Source: Patescibacteria group bacterium (GTDB lineage: Bacteria; Patescibacteriota; Patescibacteriia; UBA1558; GWA2-36-10). From it: a stretch of 62,885 nucleotides of DNA. This document shows, in pieces, positions 19,792 through 30,429 of the stretch. The notes beneath the pieces were generated by a model, which was given only the letters and a program-made list of their open reading frames with translations, had not been told where the DNA came from and searched no databases. The stretch covers positions 1 through 62,885 of the forward strand of contig JAQUKX010000006.1 in NCBI GenBank assembly GCA_028718865.1. Direction: 5' to 3'. How positions within the stretch are numbered: the first letter of the stretch is position 1; the number at the start of each line of letters is the position of its first letter. Made by a program: the position numbers and the translations under genes.

Positions 19792-21087
19792 ATGGCAACA
19801 GAAAACACCAGCCAGATCAAAACTACTGGCCACCCCATGGACGAGCTGCTCGATAAAGAAGCAGCTATTAAAATACCCAAAATCGGCGATTTAGTGACCG
19901 GTAGGGTAATCAGCATTTCCAAAAACGAAGTGTATTTGGACCTAGACGGCGTAAATACTGGCATAGTGCGCGGCCGGGAGATCTATGACGAGTCAGATGA
20001 ATTCTCCAATTTAAAAATCGGCGATGCCGCCAGTGCCACTGTCATCAACCTAGACAATGAAAACGGCTACATGGAATTATCTTTCCGCGAAGCTGGGCAC
20101 AAAAAAGCCTGGGACAATTTGGAAAAAATGCACAAAGAGGGCATTTTGGTGGAAGCCAAAGTAATTGACGCCAACAAAGGCGGTCTGATGATCAAAATCG
20201 GCAATGTAGTAGGATTTTTACCGGTCTCTCAACTGACCATCGAGCATTATCCTCGCATTGAAGGTGGCGACCGCAACAAGATTCTTTCCCACCTCAAATC
20301 TTTCATCAACCAATCTCTGAAAACAAAAATCATTGATGTCGATGAAAAAGAAGAAAAACTAATAGTCTCGGAAAAGGCTGCTTGGGACGACAAGCAAAGA
20401 AAAGTCGTCTCCAAGTACAAAGTCGGCGACAAGGTCAAAGGCCGAGTAACCGGCGTAGTGGACTTCGGCGCTTTTGTGGAATTCGGTGAAAACCTGGAAG
20501 GCCTAGTGCATATCTCCGAGCTGGCTTGGCAGAGAATTGATAATCCTCGCGACATTATCAAAGTCGGCGATGTGGTAGAAGCATCTATTATTGAAATTGA
20601 CGATACCAAGATTTCGCTCTCTATTAAAAAATTGCAAAAAGATCCTTGGGAAGAAGTAACTAAAAAATATCAAATCGGCCAAAAAATCAAAGGCACGGTT
20701 CTCAAAGTCAGTCCTTTTGGCGCATTTGTCGAGCTTGATGACGATATCCACGGCCTAGTGCATATCTCTGAATTGAGCGACAAAAAAATCGCCAATCCCG
20801 AAGACATAGTCAAGCCAGGTGAAAAATATGAATTCCTGATATTGAGCATTGAACCCAAGTATCACCGCCTTGGTTTATCGCTCAAAGCTGCTGATAAAAA
20901 AGCTGCTGAAAAGAAGACCAAAACTGACTCAACTGATAAGCCAAAGGAAAAACCGGCCAAAGCCGAGCCAAAAGCCAAAGCGGAAAAAAAGACCAAAGAA
21001 GCCGAAGAAAAAACTGAAGGCAAAAAAACCGCTTCGTCCAGCGAGACTGAAGCTGCGCCAGACAAAGAAGCGGCTCCTAAAGAATAA
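19792..21087 (+). CDS. rpsA: 30S ribosomal protein S1 (about 4 S1 domains plus Lys/Glu-rich tail)
   Basis: Repeated FGAFVE..EGLVHISEL S1 motifs. Confidence 0.92.
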   Translation: MATENTSQIKTTGHPMDELLDKEAAIKIPKIGDLVTGRVISISKNEVYLDLDGVNTGIVRGREIYDESDEFSNLKIGDAASATVINLDNENGYMELSFREAGHKKAWDNLEKMHKEGILVEAKVIDANKGGLMIKIGNVVGFLPVSQLTIEHYPRIEGGDRNKILSHLKSFINQSLKTKIIDVDEKEEKLIVSEKAAWDDKQRKVVSKYKVGDKVKGRVTGVVDFGAFVEFGENLEGLVHISELAWQRIDNPRDIIKVGDVVEASIIEIDDTKISLSIKKLQKDPWEEVTKKYQIGQKIKGTVLKVSPFGAFVELDDDIHGLVHISELSDKKIANPEDIVKPGEKYEFLILSIEPKYHRLGLSLKAADKKAAEKKTKTDSTDKPKEKPAKAEPKAKAEKKTKEAEEKTEGKKTASSSETEAAPDKEAAPKE

Positions 21088-21161
21088 TTAAACCAATTAA
21101 ATTAGAAAGCATCTTCTTTATCTGCTATAATTGTAATACAACTAGCTTCTAAACAATTGCC

Positions 21162-22967
21162 ATGAAAAATATAATCAAAAATTTTGCTGTCTTTTTTCTT
21201 ATTTTTGCCCTTATCGCCGCCATTTTCAGCTTCTTTGACGCTGACCGGCAATCCAGTGAAGAAATCAGCCTGGATAGACTGGTAGAGCAAATTAACCAAG
21301 ACGCCGTGAGCCGCATAGAAGTGCGCGGTAATGAGCTGTCTGTATTTCTCAAAAACGGCGAAGAGCAAAAAAGCAAAAAAGAAAACAACGAATCACTGGT
21401 AGCGCTGCTACGCAACTATGAAGTGCCTGCTGAAAAAATCCAGGCTGTGGAAATAAACATTGGCGATGAGCCCAGTCCCAGTATTTTTCTGACTATCTTG
21501 CCTTTTCTCATTCCTATCTTATTCATAGTCGGCTTGATATTCTTCATGATGCGCCAAGTACAAGGAGTAAATACCCGAGCCATGAGCTTTGGCCAGAGCG
21601 GCGCCAAGCTGGCTGACCGCCAGAAAAACCGCGTTACTTTCAAAGAAGTAGCCGGCGCCAAAGAAGCTAAAGAGGACTTGCTGGAAGTAGTGGAGTTTCT
21701 CAAACAGCCGCAAAAATTCATCAACATCGGCGCCAAAATACCCAAAGGCATCTTGCTCTTGGGCTCGCCCGGTACTGGCAAGACTCTAATGGCCAGAGCC
21801 GTAGCCGGCGAAGCCAATGTGCCTTTTTTCCATATCTCTGGCTCGGAGTTTGTGGAAATGTTTGTCGGCGTGGGCGCTTCCCGCGTGCGCGACTTGTTCA
21901 AAAAAGCCAAAAAGGCCTCGCCTTGCATTATCTTCATCGATGAAATAGACGCGGTCGGTCGCCAGCGCGGCGCCGGCTTGGGTGGCAGTCATGATGAAAG
22001 AGAACAGACTCTCAACCAAATACTAGTGGAGATGGACGGCTTTGACAATCAAACCAATGTGATAGTGCTGGCCGCCACCAACCGACCCGATGTCTTGGAT
22101 CCGGCTCTACTACGTCCTGGACGCTTTGACCGCCAAGTAGTAATAGACTTACCTGATATCAAAGACCGAGAAGAAATCCTCCATATCCATGCCCAGAAAA
22201 AACCTCTGGCCAAAGATGTGGATCTCAAGCTAGTGGCTCAGAGAACTCCGGGTTTTTCTGGCGCTGACTTGGCCAATGTCCTAAACGAAGCAGCTATTTT
22301 GACTGCTCGAGCCAACGCCAAACAAATAAATCAGCAAGCTATCTTGGATTCTATAGAAAGAGTAATGCTGGGCCGGGAAAGAAAAAGTCATATCCTCTCC
22401 CCTAAAGAAAAAGAAATCACTGCTTATCATGAAGCTGGCCATGCTCTAGTAGCCCATGTCCTGCCTCATGCTGATCCTGTCCACAAGATATCGATTATTT
22501 CCCGCGGCCGAGCAGCCGGCTATACCATCAACTTGCCCAAAGAAGACAAAAAGCTTAAGAGCTACTCCGAGTTTATTGACTCAATGGCTGTACTGCTGGG
22601 TGGCTATGCTGCCGAAAAAGTATTTTTCCATGAGCTGACTACCGGTGCTAGCAATGACCTCAAGCGCATTACTGAAATTGCCCGCCGGCTGGTCACTCAA
22701 TTCGGCATGAACGAGAAAATGGGTCCCCGCACTTTTGGTGAAAGAGAAGAAATGATTTTCTTGGGCAAAGAAATCCATGAACGCCGCGACTACAGCGAAA
22801 AAACCGCTGAGCTAATAGACGAGCAAGTTTCCCAGTATGTCAATCAAGCGCTCAAGACCGCTATGGATCTAGTCAGTAAGCACAAAGATAAAATGAAAAA
22901 AATTGCTGATGTGCTCTTGGAAAAAGAAACCATAGAAAAAAACGAATTTGAGGCTTTGATGGCCTAA
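21162..22967 (+). CDS. ftsH: ATP-dependent zinc metalloprotease FtsH
   Basis: Two TM helices, [34 protein letters not shown]. Confidence 0.98.
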   Translation: MKNIIKNFAVFFLIFALIAAIFSFFDADRQSSEEISLDRLVEQINQDAVSRIEVRGNELSVFLKNGEEQKSKKENNESLVALLRNYEVPAEKIQAVEINIGDEPSPSIFLTILPFLIPILFIVGLIFFMMRQVQGVNTRAMSFGQSGAKLADRQKNRVTFKEVAGAKEAKEDLLEVVEFLKQPQKFINIGAKIPKGILLLGSPGTGKTLMARAVAGEANVPFFHISGSEFVEMFVGVGASRVRDLFKKAKKASPCIIFIDEIDAVGRQRGAGLGGSHDEREQTLNQILVEMDGFDNQTNVIVLAATNRPDVLDPALLRPGRFDRQVVIDLPDIKDREEILHIHAQKKPLAKDVDLKLVAQRTPGFSGADLANVLNEAAILTARANAKQINQQAILDSIERVMLGRERKSHILSPKEKEITAYHEAGHALVAHVLPHADPVHKISIISRGRAAGYTINLPKEDKKLKSYSEFIDSMAVLLGGYAAEKVFFHELTTGASNDLKRITEIARRLVTQFGMNEKMGPRTFGEREEMIFLGKEIHERRDYSEKTAELIDEQVSQYVNQALKTAMDLVSKHKDKMKKIADVLLEKETIEKNEFEALMA

Positions 22968-22996
22968 AAAAATCCCGCTACTTCAGCGGGATTTTT
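22968..22996. terminator. Bidirectional terminator after ftsH
   Basis: AAAAATCCCGCT-ACTTC-AGCGGGATTTTT. Confidence 0.8.
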
Positions 22997-23325
22997 ATTT
23001 ACAAAGACAATGATTTTTTGACCTAGTATTTAAGTAATTGCGTTAAAAAGCCAACAAAATTTAAGAGGCTCCCTTACGAGAGCCTCTGTGATACAAACTT
23101 CAGACAAGTGGCGTGGCCGAAACTTGAAGACGACGCTTATCTCCGTAAACCTGTCTCTGCTTGGAAAACAGGCAATGAAAGAACTTGTTGCCGCCAGCTG
23201 GCGGATTGCTCCTAACCAAAAACAAATCAATAAAAATACATCCCTACGGAAATAAGACTTTTATTTTATCAAAAAATATTGTATAATATAAATAGTTAAA
23301 TAAAAATAAATAATAAAATAAAATT

Positions 23326-24294
23326 ATGTTCTATCGCAAAGTCTATCCCCAGTCCATCAAAACTATCCGCCAATATCCAGCTTTGATTTTCTTTGGACTG
23401 TTTGCCTCAATTTTGGGATTTAGCGAAATAAAAACAATTTTTAACCTTACTGACGCTGTGCCTGATTTTATCGGCTCCATGGCTATTTATTGGGCTGAAA
23501 TTTCCATGCTCTTTAGCTATAGCAGTTTTGGCTGGAGCCAGCTACCCGATTTGTTTGCCCTGATGGGATTGTTTATTATCTTTTCAATAGCTACTATCTT
23601 GGCTATATCTTCCCAAGGAGCGCTGATAAAAGCCTCGGTCAATGGTAACGGCAAAGGCAAAAAACCCAGCTTCACTGACTATCTCAACAACGGACTGGAA
23701 AAATTCTGGCCGCTATTGGGACTCAATGTCATCAATACTCTTATCGGCTACTTCTTCATCATGCTGGTAATAGAGCCGATCATTTACTTCTTGGTGATAA
23801 GCGACAAAGTATTTGTTGATCTGCTGCTGGCGATCTTGATATTTTTCGTGCTGATACCGCTGGTGGTAGTGATTTCTTTTGTCACCCGCTACGGCGCTGC
23901 TTATGTGGTTTTAAAAAATGAAAAACTACCGGCGGCTTTTATCCAAAGCTGGGAGCTCTTTAGGGTCAACTGGCTGCTGACCGTGGAAAATGCCTTTGTT
24001 CTGACTCTGGTAACTGTCTTTTACTTTTTGATCTTGGCTTCGCTTACTGCTTTGATTTTTATTCCCTTTTTACTCTTTGGCCTACTGATGGCGCTGGGCA
24101 ATTTCTTCTTCTGGCTGATAATTGTCTTAGGGGTAATCGCCGCTACGATTATCCTGATTCTGGGCACCGCGCTTTTTGGCGCTTTCTATAATATAGTCTG
24201 GGCCAACATCTGGAAAAATCTCACTACCCCAGGCAAAAGCCAGAGCAAAATACAAAGATTGAGCCATAAACACCTCCCCGGCCTAAATCGTTAA
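23326..24294 (+). CDS. Multi-pass membrane hypothetical protein
   Basis: About 6-7 hydrophobic segments; own TATAAT upstream. Confidence 0.7.
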   Translation: MFYRKVYPQSIKTIRQYPALIFFGLFASILGFSEIKTIFNLTDAVPDFIGSMAIYWAEISMLFSYSSFGWSQLPDLFALMGLFIIFSIATILAISSQGALIKASVNGNGKGKKPSFTDYLNNGLEKFWPLLGLNVINTLIGYFFIMLVIEPIIYFLVISDKVFVDLLLAILIFFVLIPLVVVISFVTRYGAAYVVLKNEKLPAAFIQSWELFRVNWLLTVENAFVLTLVTVFYFLILASLTALIFIPFLLFGLLMALGNFFFWLIIVLGVIAATIILILGTALFGAFYNIVWANIWKNLTTPGKSQSKIQRLSHKHLPGLNR

Positions 24295-24423
24295 TATATT
24301 TTTTCAATAGTCTGCCCCTAGCTAATCACTAGGGGTTTATGTTTGCTTAAAAAAGCTGAGCTAGTTTAAATTGACTTTAAAATTAAGCAAAAGTATAATA
24401 TATAAAGAATTAAAAAATACTTT

Positions 24424-26151
24424 ATGGACAATACTCCCGCCTCCTCCACTCCTTATACTCCGCAAGAAAAACTCAGCGGCAAAATCGCCGAGCTGGAGCT
24501 AAAAGAAAAAGAAAGACAAACCAAAGCCCAGGCCGACGAGCAGGGCCTGCCTTATATCAATCTGGACAAATTCCCGATTTCCCAAGAAGCCATCAAGTTG
24601 CTGCCAAGAGATCAGGCCGAAGCCCTGCAGACTTTATGTTTTCTCTACAGCGGTGATGAAATCCGTCTGGCTTCGCTCAATCCCAATAATCCGCAGCTGA
24701 GCCACCTGAAAAAAGAGTTGGCCGACAAGCTCCACGCCAATGTCAAAATATATTTTATTTCCGAAAACAGCCTTCAAATAGGCTTGGCTGTCTATGAAAA
24801 AATCCCCCAGATTATCCACTTAGAAGGTGTACAAATCAAAGAAGAAGACCTGCAGCGCTTTGAAAAAGAGCTCAATACTTTTGAAAAAGTCAATCAAGTA
24901 GTGCAAAAAATCGGTCTAAGCGAAATCGTCACTATCATTATCTCGGCTGGCTTGCAATTTAGAGCTTCTGATATCCATATTGAAGCTGAAGAAAAAGATG
25001 TCAAAATACGCTTGCGCATAGACGGCGTCTTGCACGATGTCGTTGTCCTGCCCAAAGACGCCTGGCCCAAGATAAACTCCCGCATCAAACTGCTAGCTGG
25101 CCTAAAAATCAACATTGAAAACAAGCCGCAGGACGGCCGCTTTACTATCAATTTGAGCAAGGATGTTGTCGATGTCCGTGTTTCTTCTATTCCTTCGGCT
25201 TTTGGTGAAAGCATAGTGCTAAGATTGCTTAGAGCCTCGGCCGTGGGTCTAGAATTCGAAAGCTTGGGATTACGAGGCAAGTCCTTCAATGATCTCAAAA
25301 ACGAAATCGATAAACCCAACGGCATGGTGCTGGCCACTGGACCGACCGGCTCTGGTAAAACCACTACTCTCTACGCCATCTTGAACAAAATCAACAGCCC
25401 AGACACCAAGATAGTCACCCTGGAAGATCCAATAGAATACAAGCTTCCCGGCATAGTCCAGAGCCAGGTACAAAGCAGCGATGGTCAGAGTGGCTCAGAA
25501 TCAACTGAAGGAGAAAGCAGGAAAAAAGATATCTATACTTTTGGACGGGGCATCAGGGCTATGTTGCGCCAGGATCCAGATGTAGTGATGGTAGGAGAAA
25601 TCCGCGACCTAGAAACTGCCGACACCGCTATCAATGCCGCTTTGACCGGCCACTTGATGCTTTCCACTTTGCACACCAACTCAGCGGCCGCTACTATTCC
25701 TCGACTGCTGGCTATGGGGGTCAAGCCTTTTCTGCTGGCTCCCTCTCTCAATGCTATTATCGGCCAGCGCTTGGTCAGACGGCTTTGCCAACACTGCAAG
25801 CAAGAGGATAATGAAATAGACAACAAGACCATGACGGCTATTTTAAACGCTCTCAATGCCATTGCGCCCGAATCCGGCTACAAGCCCGATCTTAATAATC
25901 TCAAATTTTATAAATCCCCAGGCTGTGAAAAATGCCAAAAAATCGGCTACAAAGGCCGTGTCGGTATCTATGAAGTAATGTTGATGACACCGGAAATTGA
26001 AAAAATGATTCTTTCCGGCCAAGCTTCTGAATATGAAATAGAAAAAATAGCTGTGGCCAACGGTATGATCAATCTTCTTCAAGACGGCTTGCTCAAAGCG
26101 CTGGAAGGCGTCACTTCAATATCAGAAATTATCTCCAAAGTAAAAACTTAA
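24424..26151 (+). CDS. pilB: GspE/PilB family type IV pilus/type II secretion ATPase
   Basis: ASDIHIE, PQDGRF, GPTGSGKTTT, TLEDPIEY, LRQDPD..MVGEIRD, ALTGHL..STLHTN, CQHC/CEKC, GYKGRVGIYE. Confidence 0.9.
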   Translation: MDNTPASSTPYTPQEKLSGKIAELELKEKERQTKAQADEQGLPYINLDKFPISQEAIKLLPRDQAEALQTLCFLYSGDEIRLASLNPNNPQLSHLKKELADKLHANVKIYFISENSLQIGLAVYEKIPQIIHLEGVQIKEEDLQRFEKELNTFEKVNQVVQKIGLSEIVTIIISAGLQFRASDIHIEAEEKDVKIRLRIDGVLHDVVVLPKDAWPKINSRIKLLAGLKINIENKPQDGRFTINLSKDVVDVRVSSIPSAFGESIVLRLLRASAVGLEFESLGLRGKSFNDLKNEIDKPNGMVLATGPTGSGKTTTLYAILNKINSPDTKIVTLEDPIEYKLPGIVQSQVQSSDGQSGSESTEGESRKKDIYTFGRGIRAMLRQDPDVVMVGEIRDLETADTAINAALTGHLMLSTLHTNSAAATIPRLLAMGVKPFLLAPSLNAIIGQRLVRRLCQHCKQEDNEIDNKTMTAILNALNAIAPESGYKPDLNNLKFYKSPGCEKCQKIGYKGRVGIYEVMLMTPEIEKMILSGQASEYEIEKIAVANGMINLLQDGLLKALEGVTSISEIISKVKT

Positions 26152-26156
26152 AACAA

Positions 26157-26200
26157 TCCCGCCCGCCTCGCCCTGCGGATGCAGTAGCGGGCGGGCGGGA
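26157..26200. repeat. GC-rich nested palindromic repeat, copy 1 (between convergent pilB and valS)
   Basis: TCCCGCCCGCCTCGCCCTGCGGATGCAGTAGCGGGCGGGCGGGA; near-identical to 43489-43531. Confidence 0.85.
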
Positions 26201-26212
26201 TGATAAATTGAA

Positions 26213-28747
26213 TTATAATTTGCCTTGAGCTTCTTGAAGCTTTTTTTTGGTTTGCTCGATTATTTCTGCCGGAGCATTATCCAAAAAACTTCTATTTTTG
26301 AGCTGAGCCTCTAGGCCTTTAATATATTTTTGCAAATCTTGCTTTTCCTTGGCGCTCATATCTTTTTTTAGATTTATCCAAATACGGCTGCTGCCTATGG
26401 CCAAAGGCTCCAAATCAAGCTTGGCCGTAGCAAGTTTGACTCTGGCCAAACGAGCGGCTAATTCCAAATAACTTTTATCCAAAACGCTGTTTTCAATATA
26501 GCAATCCGGAAAGTCTGTTGGCAGAATTTTGTTTTCTGCTTTGAGATTGCGCAAAGACACTACCAGTTCCCGCAATTCACTGAAGTCGGAAATGACCGTG
26601 GCGTCAAAATCCTGCGCCAGCGGCCAGCTGGCTACCATCAGTATCCCTTGATCAAACTGCTGCCAAATCTGCTCGCTGACAAAAGGCGTAAAAGGATGAG
26701 TCAAGATCAAAAGCTTCTGCAGAATATAAAGTAAAATATCGTCTTTGTCACCTTCTATTTTGGCAATTTCCAAATACCAGTCAGCCAGCTTATTCCAGGT
26801 AAAATCATAAATTTTTTCTCCGGCTGAAGAAAAACGAAAATTATCCAAATCATCAGTCATTTGTCCTATTAGCTTGTGCATTTCCGCCAAAATCCACTGA
26901 TCAGCCAAAGTTTTGGCTGTTGGAGTTTTCTTAATTATTTCCACTTTTTTAACACTAGAAAAAATATAGCGGGAAATATTCCAAAGCTTATTGACAAAAT
27001 TCCTATAACCGGCAATCTTTTCTTCATAAAGACGCGAATCTGCTCCGGGAGCTGAACCAATAATCAAAGACAAGCGCAGAGCGTCCGTACCGAATTTTTC
27101 TATCATGTCTATCGGATCAATGCCGTTGCCAATTGACTTAGACATTTTTTTACCGTCTTTATCTCTGACCATGCCGTGCAAATAAACTGTCTCAAAAGGA
27201 TTTTCTTTGAGCAAATACTGACTCATGATTATCATCCTAGCCACCCAGAAAAAAATAATATCATAACCGGTTTCCATCACCGAAGTAGGGTGGAATTTTT
27301 TTAAATCCTGAGTTTCTTGAGGCCAGCCCAAAGTGGAAAAAGTCCACAGAGCTGAAGAAAACCAAGTATCCAATGTGTCTTGATCTTGGGTCAGCTTCTG
27401 GCCTTTGGCTTGTTTTTGGGCCTGCTCAAGACTGGCCGCCACTATCACTTTTCCGTTTTCAGTATAATAGACCGGAATGCGATGCCCCCACCAAATCTGG
27501 CGAGAAATACACCAGTCATGAAGATTGTTTATCCAATGAAAATAAATTTTGGCAAAACGCTCCGGCAATATTTTTATTTGGCCGCTTTTGACTGCCTGAA
27601 AAGCCAGCTCTTTGAGACTCTGGTTGCGACCGGGAATTTTTTTATCTACTGCTACAAACCACTGTTTGGATAAAAGCGGCTCAATAGGCGTCTGGCAGCG
27701 ATAACAAACTGAAAGATTATTTTCCAAATCTTCTAATTTGACCAGTTGACCGGATTTCTCTAGATCTTTAAGCAAGGCCGCTCTGGCTTCAAGAGTTGTC
27801 AGTCCCTGATACTGGCCGCCTGAAGGCAAAATCTTGCCTTCTTCATCTATCAATTTGATAATTTCCAAACCATGCTTCAGGGCAAAATTATGGTCAATAG
27901 CACTATGCGCCGGCGTAACACCAATAGCCCCGGAGCCAAAATCTTTGTCCACTTCTTTGTCGGCAAAAACTTTGACCTTTAGCTTGTGGCCGGCTAGAGA
28001 GACCTCCAGCTCCTGACCGATATAGGCTTTGTATCTTTTATCATAAGGATTGACGGCCACGCCCGTGTCAGCCAACTTGGTTTCTGGTCTAGTGGTCGCT
28101 ACCAGCAAAGACCCATATTGGATATAGTAAAGCTGAGCAATCTGAGGCTGATATTCCACTTCATCGTCAGCCAAAGTGGACTGACAACGCGGGCACCAGT
28201 TGACTATGCGTTCGCCCTGATAAATCAGCCCATCCTGATACATCTGAATAAAAGCCTGATTGACAGCCACTGACAAAGCATCGTCAAAAGTATAACGCTC
28301 ACGCGACCAATCGCAGCTTGAGCCCATTTTTTTTATTTGCCGTCTGATATTGCCTTGGGAGTTGGCGACAAATTCTCTGACTCTGTCCAAAAATTTTTCC
28401 CTTCCTAACCGATGACGATCCGTGCCTTCTTTGGCCAAAATTTTCTCTACTTTGGTTTGAGTAGCAATAGAAGCATGATCAGTTCCCGGCAACCAAAGAG
28501 CTTGGCGGCCTTTGAGCCGCTGGTAGCGTATCATCAAATCCTCATAGGCTAACCCAGCTGCGTGTCCTAGATGTAAGACGCCGGTAGCATTGGGTGGCGG
28601 CATGGAAATAACAAAAGGCTGGCCGTCTTTAGGCAAATTATCAGGATTGAAAAAGCCGGATTTTTCCCAAAGGTCATAAATCCTGTCCTCGCACTGCTTA
28701 GGATCATAAGCTTTATCCATAACTGACAATTTTTCCGGCTCGGGCAT
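26213..28747 (-). CDS. valS: Valine--tRNA ligase
   Basis: PPPNATGVLHLGH, GTDHASIATQ, DWCISRQIWWGH, KMSKS. Confidence 0.97.
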   Translation of the reverse strand: MPEPEKLSVMDKAYDPKQCEDRIYDLWEKSGFFNPDNLPKDGQPFVISMPPPNATGVLHLGHAAGLAYEDLMIRYQRLKGRQALWLPGTDHASIATQTKVEKILAKEGTDRHRLGREKFLDRVREFVANSQGNIRRQIKKMGSSCDWSRERYTFDDALSVAVNQAFIQMYQDGLIYQGERIVNWCPRCQSTLADDEVEYQPQIAQLYYIQYGSLLVATTRPETKLADTGVAVNPYDKRYKAYIGQELEVSLAGHKLKVKVFADKEVDKDFGSGAIGVTPAHSAIDHNFALKHGLEIIKLIDEEGKILPSGGQYQGLTTLEARAALLKDLEKSGQLVKLEDLENNLSVCYRCQTPIEPLLSKQWFVAVDKKIPGRNQSLKELAFQAVKSGQIKILPERFAKIYFHWINNLHDWCISRQIWWGHRIPVYYTENGKVIVAASLEQAQKQAKGQKLTQDQDTLDTWFSSALWTFSTLGWPQETQDLKKFHPTSVMETGYDIIFFWVARMIIMSQYLLKENPFETVYLHGMVRDKDGKKMSKSIGNGIDPIDMIEKFGTDALRLSLIIGSAPGADSRLYEEKIAGYRNFVNKLWNISRYIFSSVKKVEIIKKTPTAKTLADQWILAEMHKLIGQMTDDLDNFRFSSAGEKIYDFTWNKLADWYLEIAKIEGDKDDILLYILQKLLILTHPFTPFVSEQIWQQFDQGILMVASWPLAQDFDATVISDFSELRELVVSLRNLKAENKILPTDFPDCYIENSVLDKSYLELAARLARVKLATAKLDLEPLAIGSSRIWINLKKDMSAKEKQDLQKYIKGLEAQLKNRSFLDNAPAEIIEQTKKKLQEAQGKL

Positions 28748-28753
28748 AAAAAA

Positions 28754-29176
28754 TTAAGAAAAAATGATTTTACGCTGATTATTATCCACTATTTCCAAAT
28801 GCACCTTGATAGCATCTTTGGGCAAGTTGACAATTTTGTCAGCCCATTCAATAGCTACTATTATATTGTCATAATTAAGATAATCACCCAGCCCAATGTC
28901 AAAAAGGTCTTCTTGTCCCCGCAAACGATAACAATCAACATGAACAAATTTATTCACTTTTTTATAAGCAATATCATAAACTTTCAGCAGAACAAAAGTC
29001 GGGCTGTTTATTTCCTCTTTGATGCCAAGTGCCCGAGCCAGCGCTTTAACAAAAGCAGTTTTACCAGCCCCCAAATTGCCGCTTAGAGCTATCAACTCGC
29101 CGCCTTTGAGCGAAGACGCCAAATTTTTGGCTACTTTTTCCGTTTCTTGAAGATCTTTGACTATGTATTGTTTCAT
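28754..29176 (-). CDS. tsaE: tRNA threonylcarbamoyladenosine biosynthesis ATPase TsaE
   Basis: LSGNLGAGKT, INSPTFVL, HVDCYRL, IEWA. Confidence 0.95.
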   Translation of the reverse strand: MKQYIVKDLQETEKVAKNLASSLKGGELIALSGNLGAGKTAFVKALARALGIKEEINSPTFVLLKVYDIAYKKVNKFVHVDCYRLRGQEDLFDIGLGDYLNYDNIIVAIEWADKIVNLPKDAIKVHLEIVDNNQRKIIFS

Positions 29177-29239
29177 TTTGATTTTTTGTTTTATAATTTA
29201 TACCTTTATTATACAATGACTAGCTGAATATAACAAAAA

Positions 29240-30280
29240 CTAGCCTAGCCGCCAGTTGGACTGCACAGCCAAAGACAAAACTCGTCGGCCTTTGAGCACA
29301 GAAGAGGGTTGATGCAAATACTGATAATAAGCAGCCGTGGCGATCATAGCTGCATTGTCTCCGCTATACTTGACGTCTGGAAAGAAAAACGGCAATCTGC
29401 TTTGCCGGCACTTTTCAGCCAGAGACTGTTTGAGGTCTTGATTGGCTGACACTCCGCCCGATAGCATCAAAGATTTGACTCCCAGCCTTTTGGCGGCAGC
29501 CATTGACTTATAAGTTAAGACTTCAATTACAGCCTCCTGGAAAGAAGCGCAAATATCATTGATATCCTGTGCGCTGATATTTTTCTTTTTTTCCAAAGCA
29601 TAGAGCACAGCAGTTTTTAGTCCAGCAAAAGAAAAATCAAAATTATTTTTGGTCAGCATTGGCCGAGGAAAATTATATTTACCAGCCTCTCCTTTTTGCG
29701 CCAGCTGGCTGACTATAGGCCCGCCCGGATAACCCAAGTTGAGCAGTTTGGCTACTTTATCAAAAGCTTCGCCAACAGCATCATCAAGCGTCCGGCCTAT
29801 CAGCCGGTATCGGCTATGGCCTTTAATGAGTAAAAGTTCGCTGTGCCCGCCTGAAACCACCAAAGCCAAAGCCGGCAAATATTTTTTTTCATTTTTGACC
29901 AAGGCTGGATGGCTAAGCCAGTTGGAATAAATATGACCGGCAATATGGTTAACCGGCACCAGCGGCAGCTGATTGGCATAAGCCAGCGTCTTGGCCAGGC
30001 TCACTCCCAAAACCAAAGAAGTCACCAGTCCCGGACCAGCTGTCACTGCCAGACAATCAATGTCTTGAAGCTTTTTTTTGCCCAACAAGTTATCCAAAAG
30101 CGGTACCATAGCCTGCAAATGCTCCCGAGCAGCCAATTCCGGCACTACACCGCCATATTTATGATGCAGATAAGCCTGAGAATACAAAAGGCTTTTTTCT
30201 AATTGCAAAGCAGAGCCCCTGCCCTTTAAAACAGCCATCGCGCTTTCATCACAAGATGTTTCTATAGCCAATATTTTCAT
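29240..30280 (-). CDS. tsaD: tRNA N6-adenosine threonylcarbamoyltransferase TsaD
   Basis: ILAIETSCDE, GGVVPELAAR.H, NHIAGH, SGGHS, DDAVGEAFDKVA, DNAAMIA. Confidence 0.97.
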   Translation of the reverse strand: MKILAIETSCDESAMAVLKGRGSALQLEKSLLYSQAYLHHKYGGVVPELAAREHLQAMVPLLDNLLGKKKLQDIDCLAVTAGPGLVTSLVLGVSLAKTLAYANQLPLVPVNHIAGHIYSNWLSHPALVKNEKKYLPALALVVSGGHSELLLIKGHSRYRLIGRTLDDAVGEAFDKVAKLLNLGYPGGPIVSQLAQKGEAGKYNFPRPMLTKNNFDFSFAGLKTAVLYALEKKKNISAQDINDICASFQEAVIEVLTYKSMAAAKRLGVKSLMLSGGVSANQDLKQSLAEKCRQSRLPFFFPDVKYSGDNAAMIATAAYYQYLHQPSSVLKGRRVLSLAVQSNWRLG

Positions 30281-30429
30281 GATTGTTATTATAACAGATT
30301 GCTATATTTTGAGGAAAATATGACCAACTGTCAATATTGACCAATGAGCCAAAAAATGCAAAGATTTGATTGTTTTTTGTTCGTTGACAGCTCAAAGTAT
30401 AATATCCTTCCCAAGAAAGGAGGTGAGCC

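Noticed and set aside
28747-28760. T-box leaders for valS or tyrS
   Set aside because: The upstream regions are too short (6 bp for valS) or lack a T-box motif
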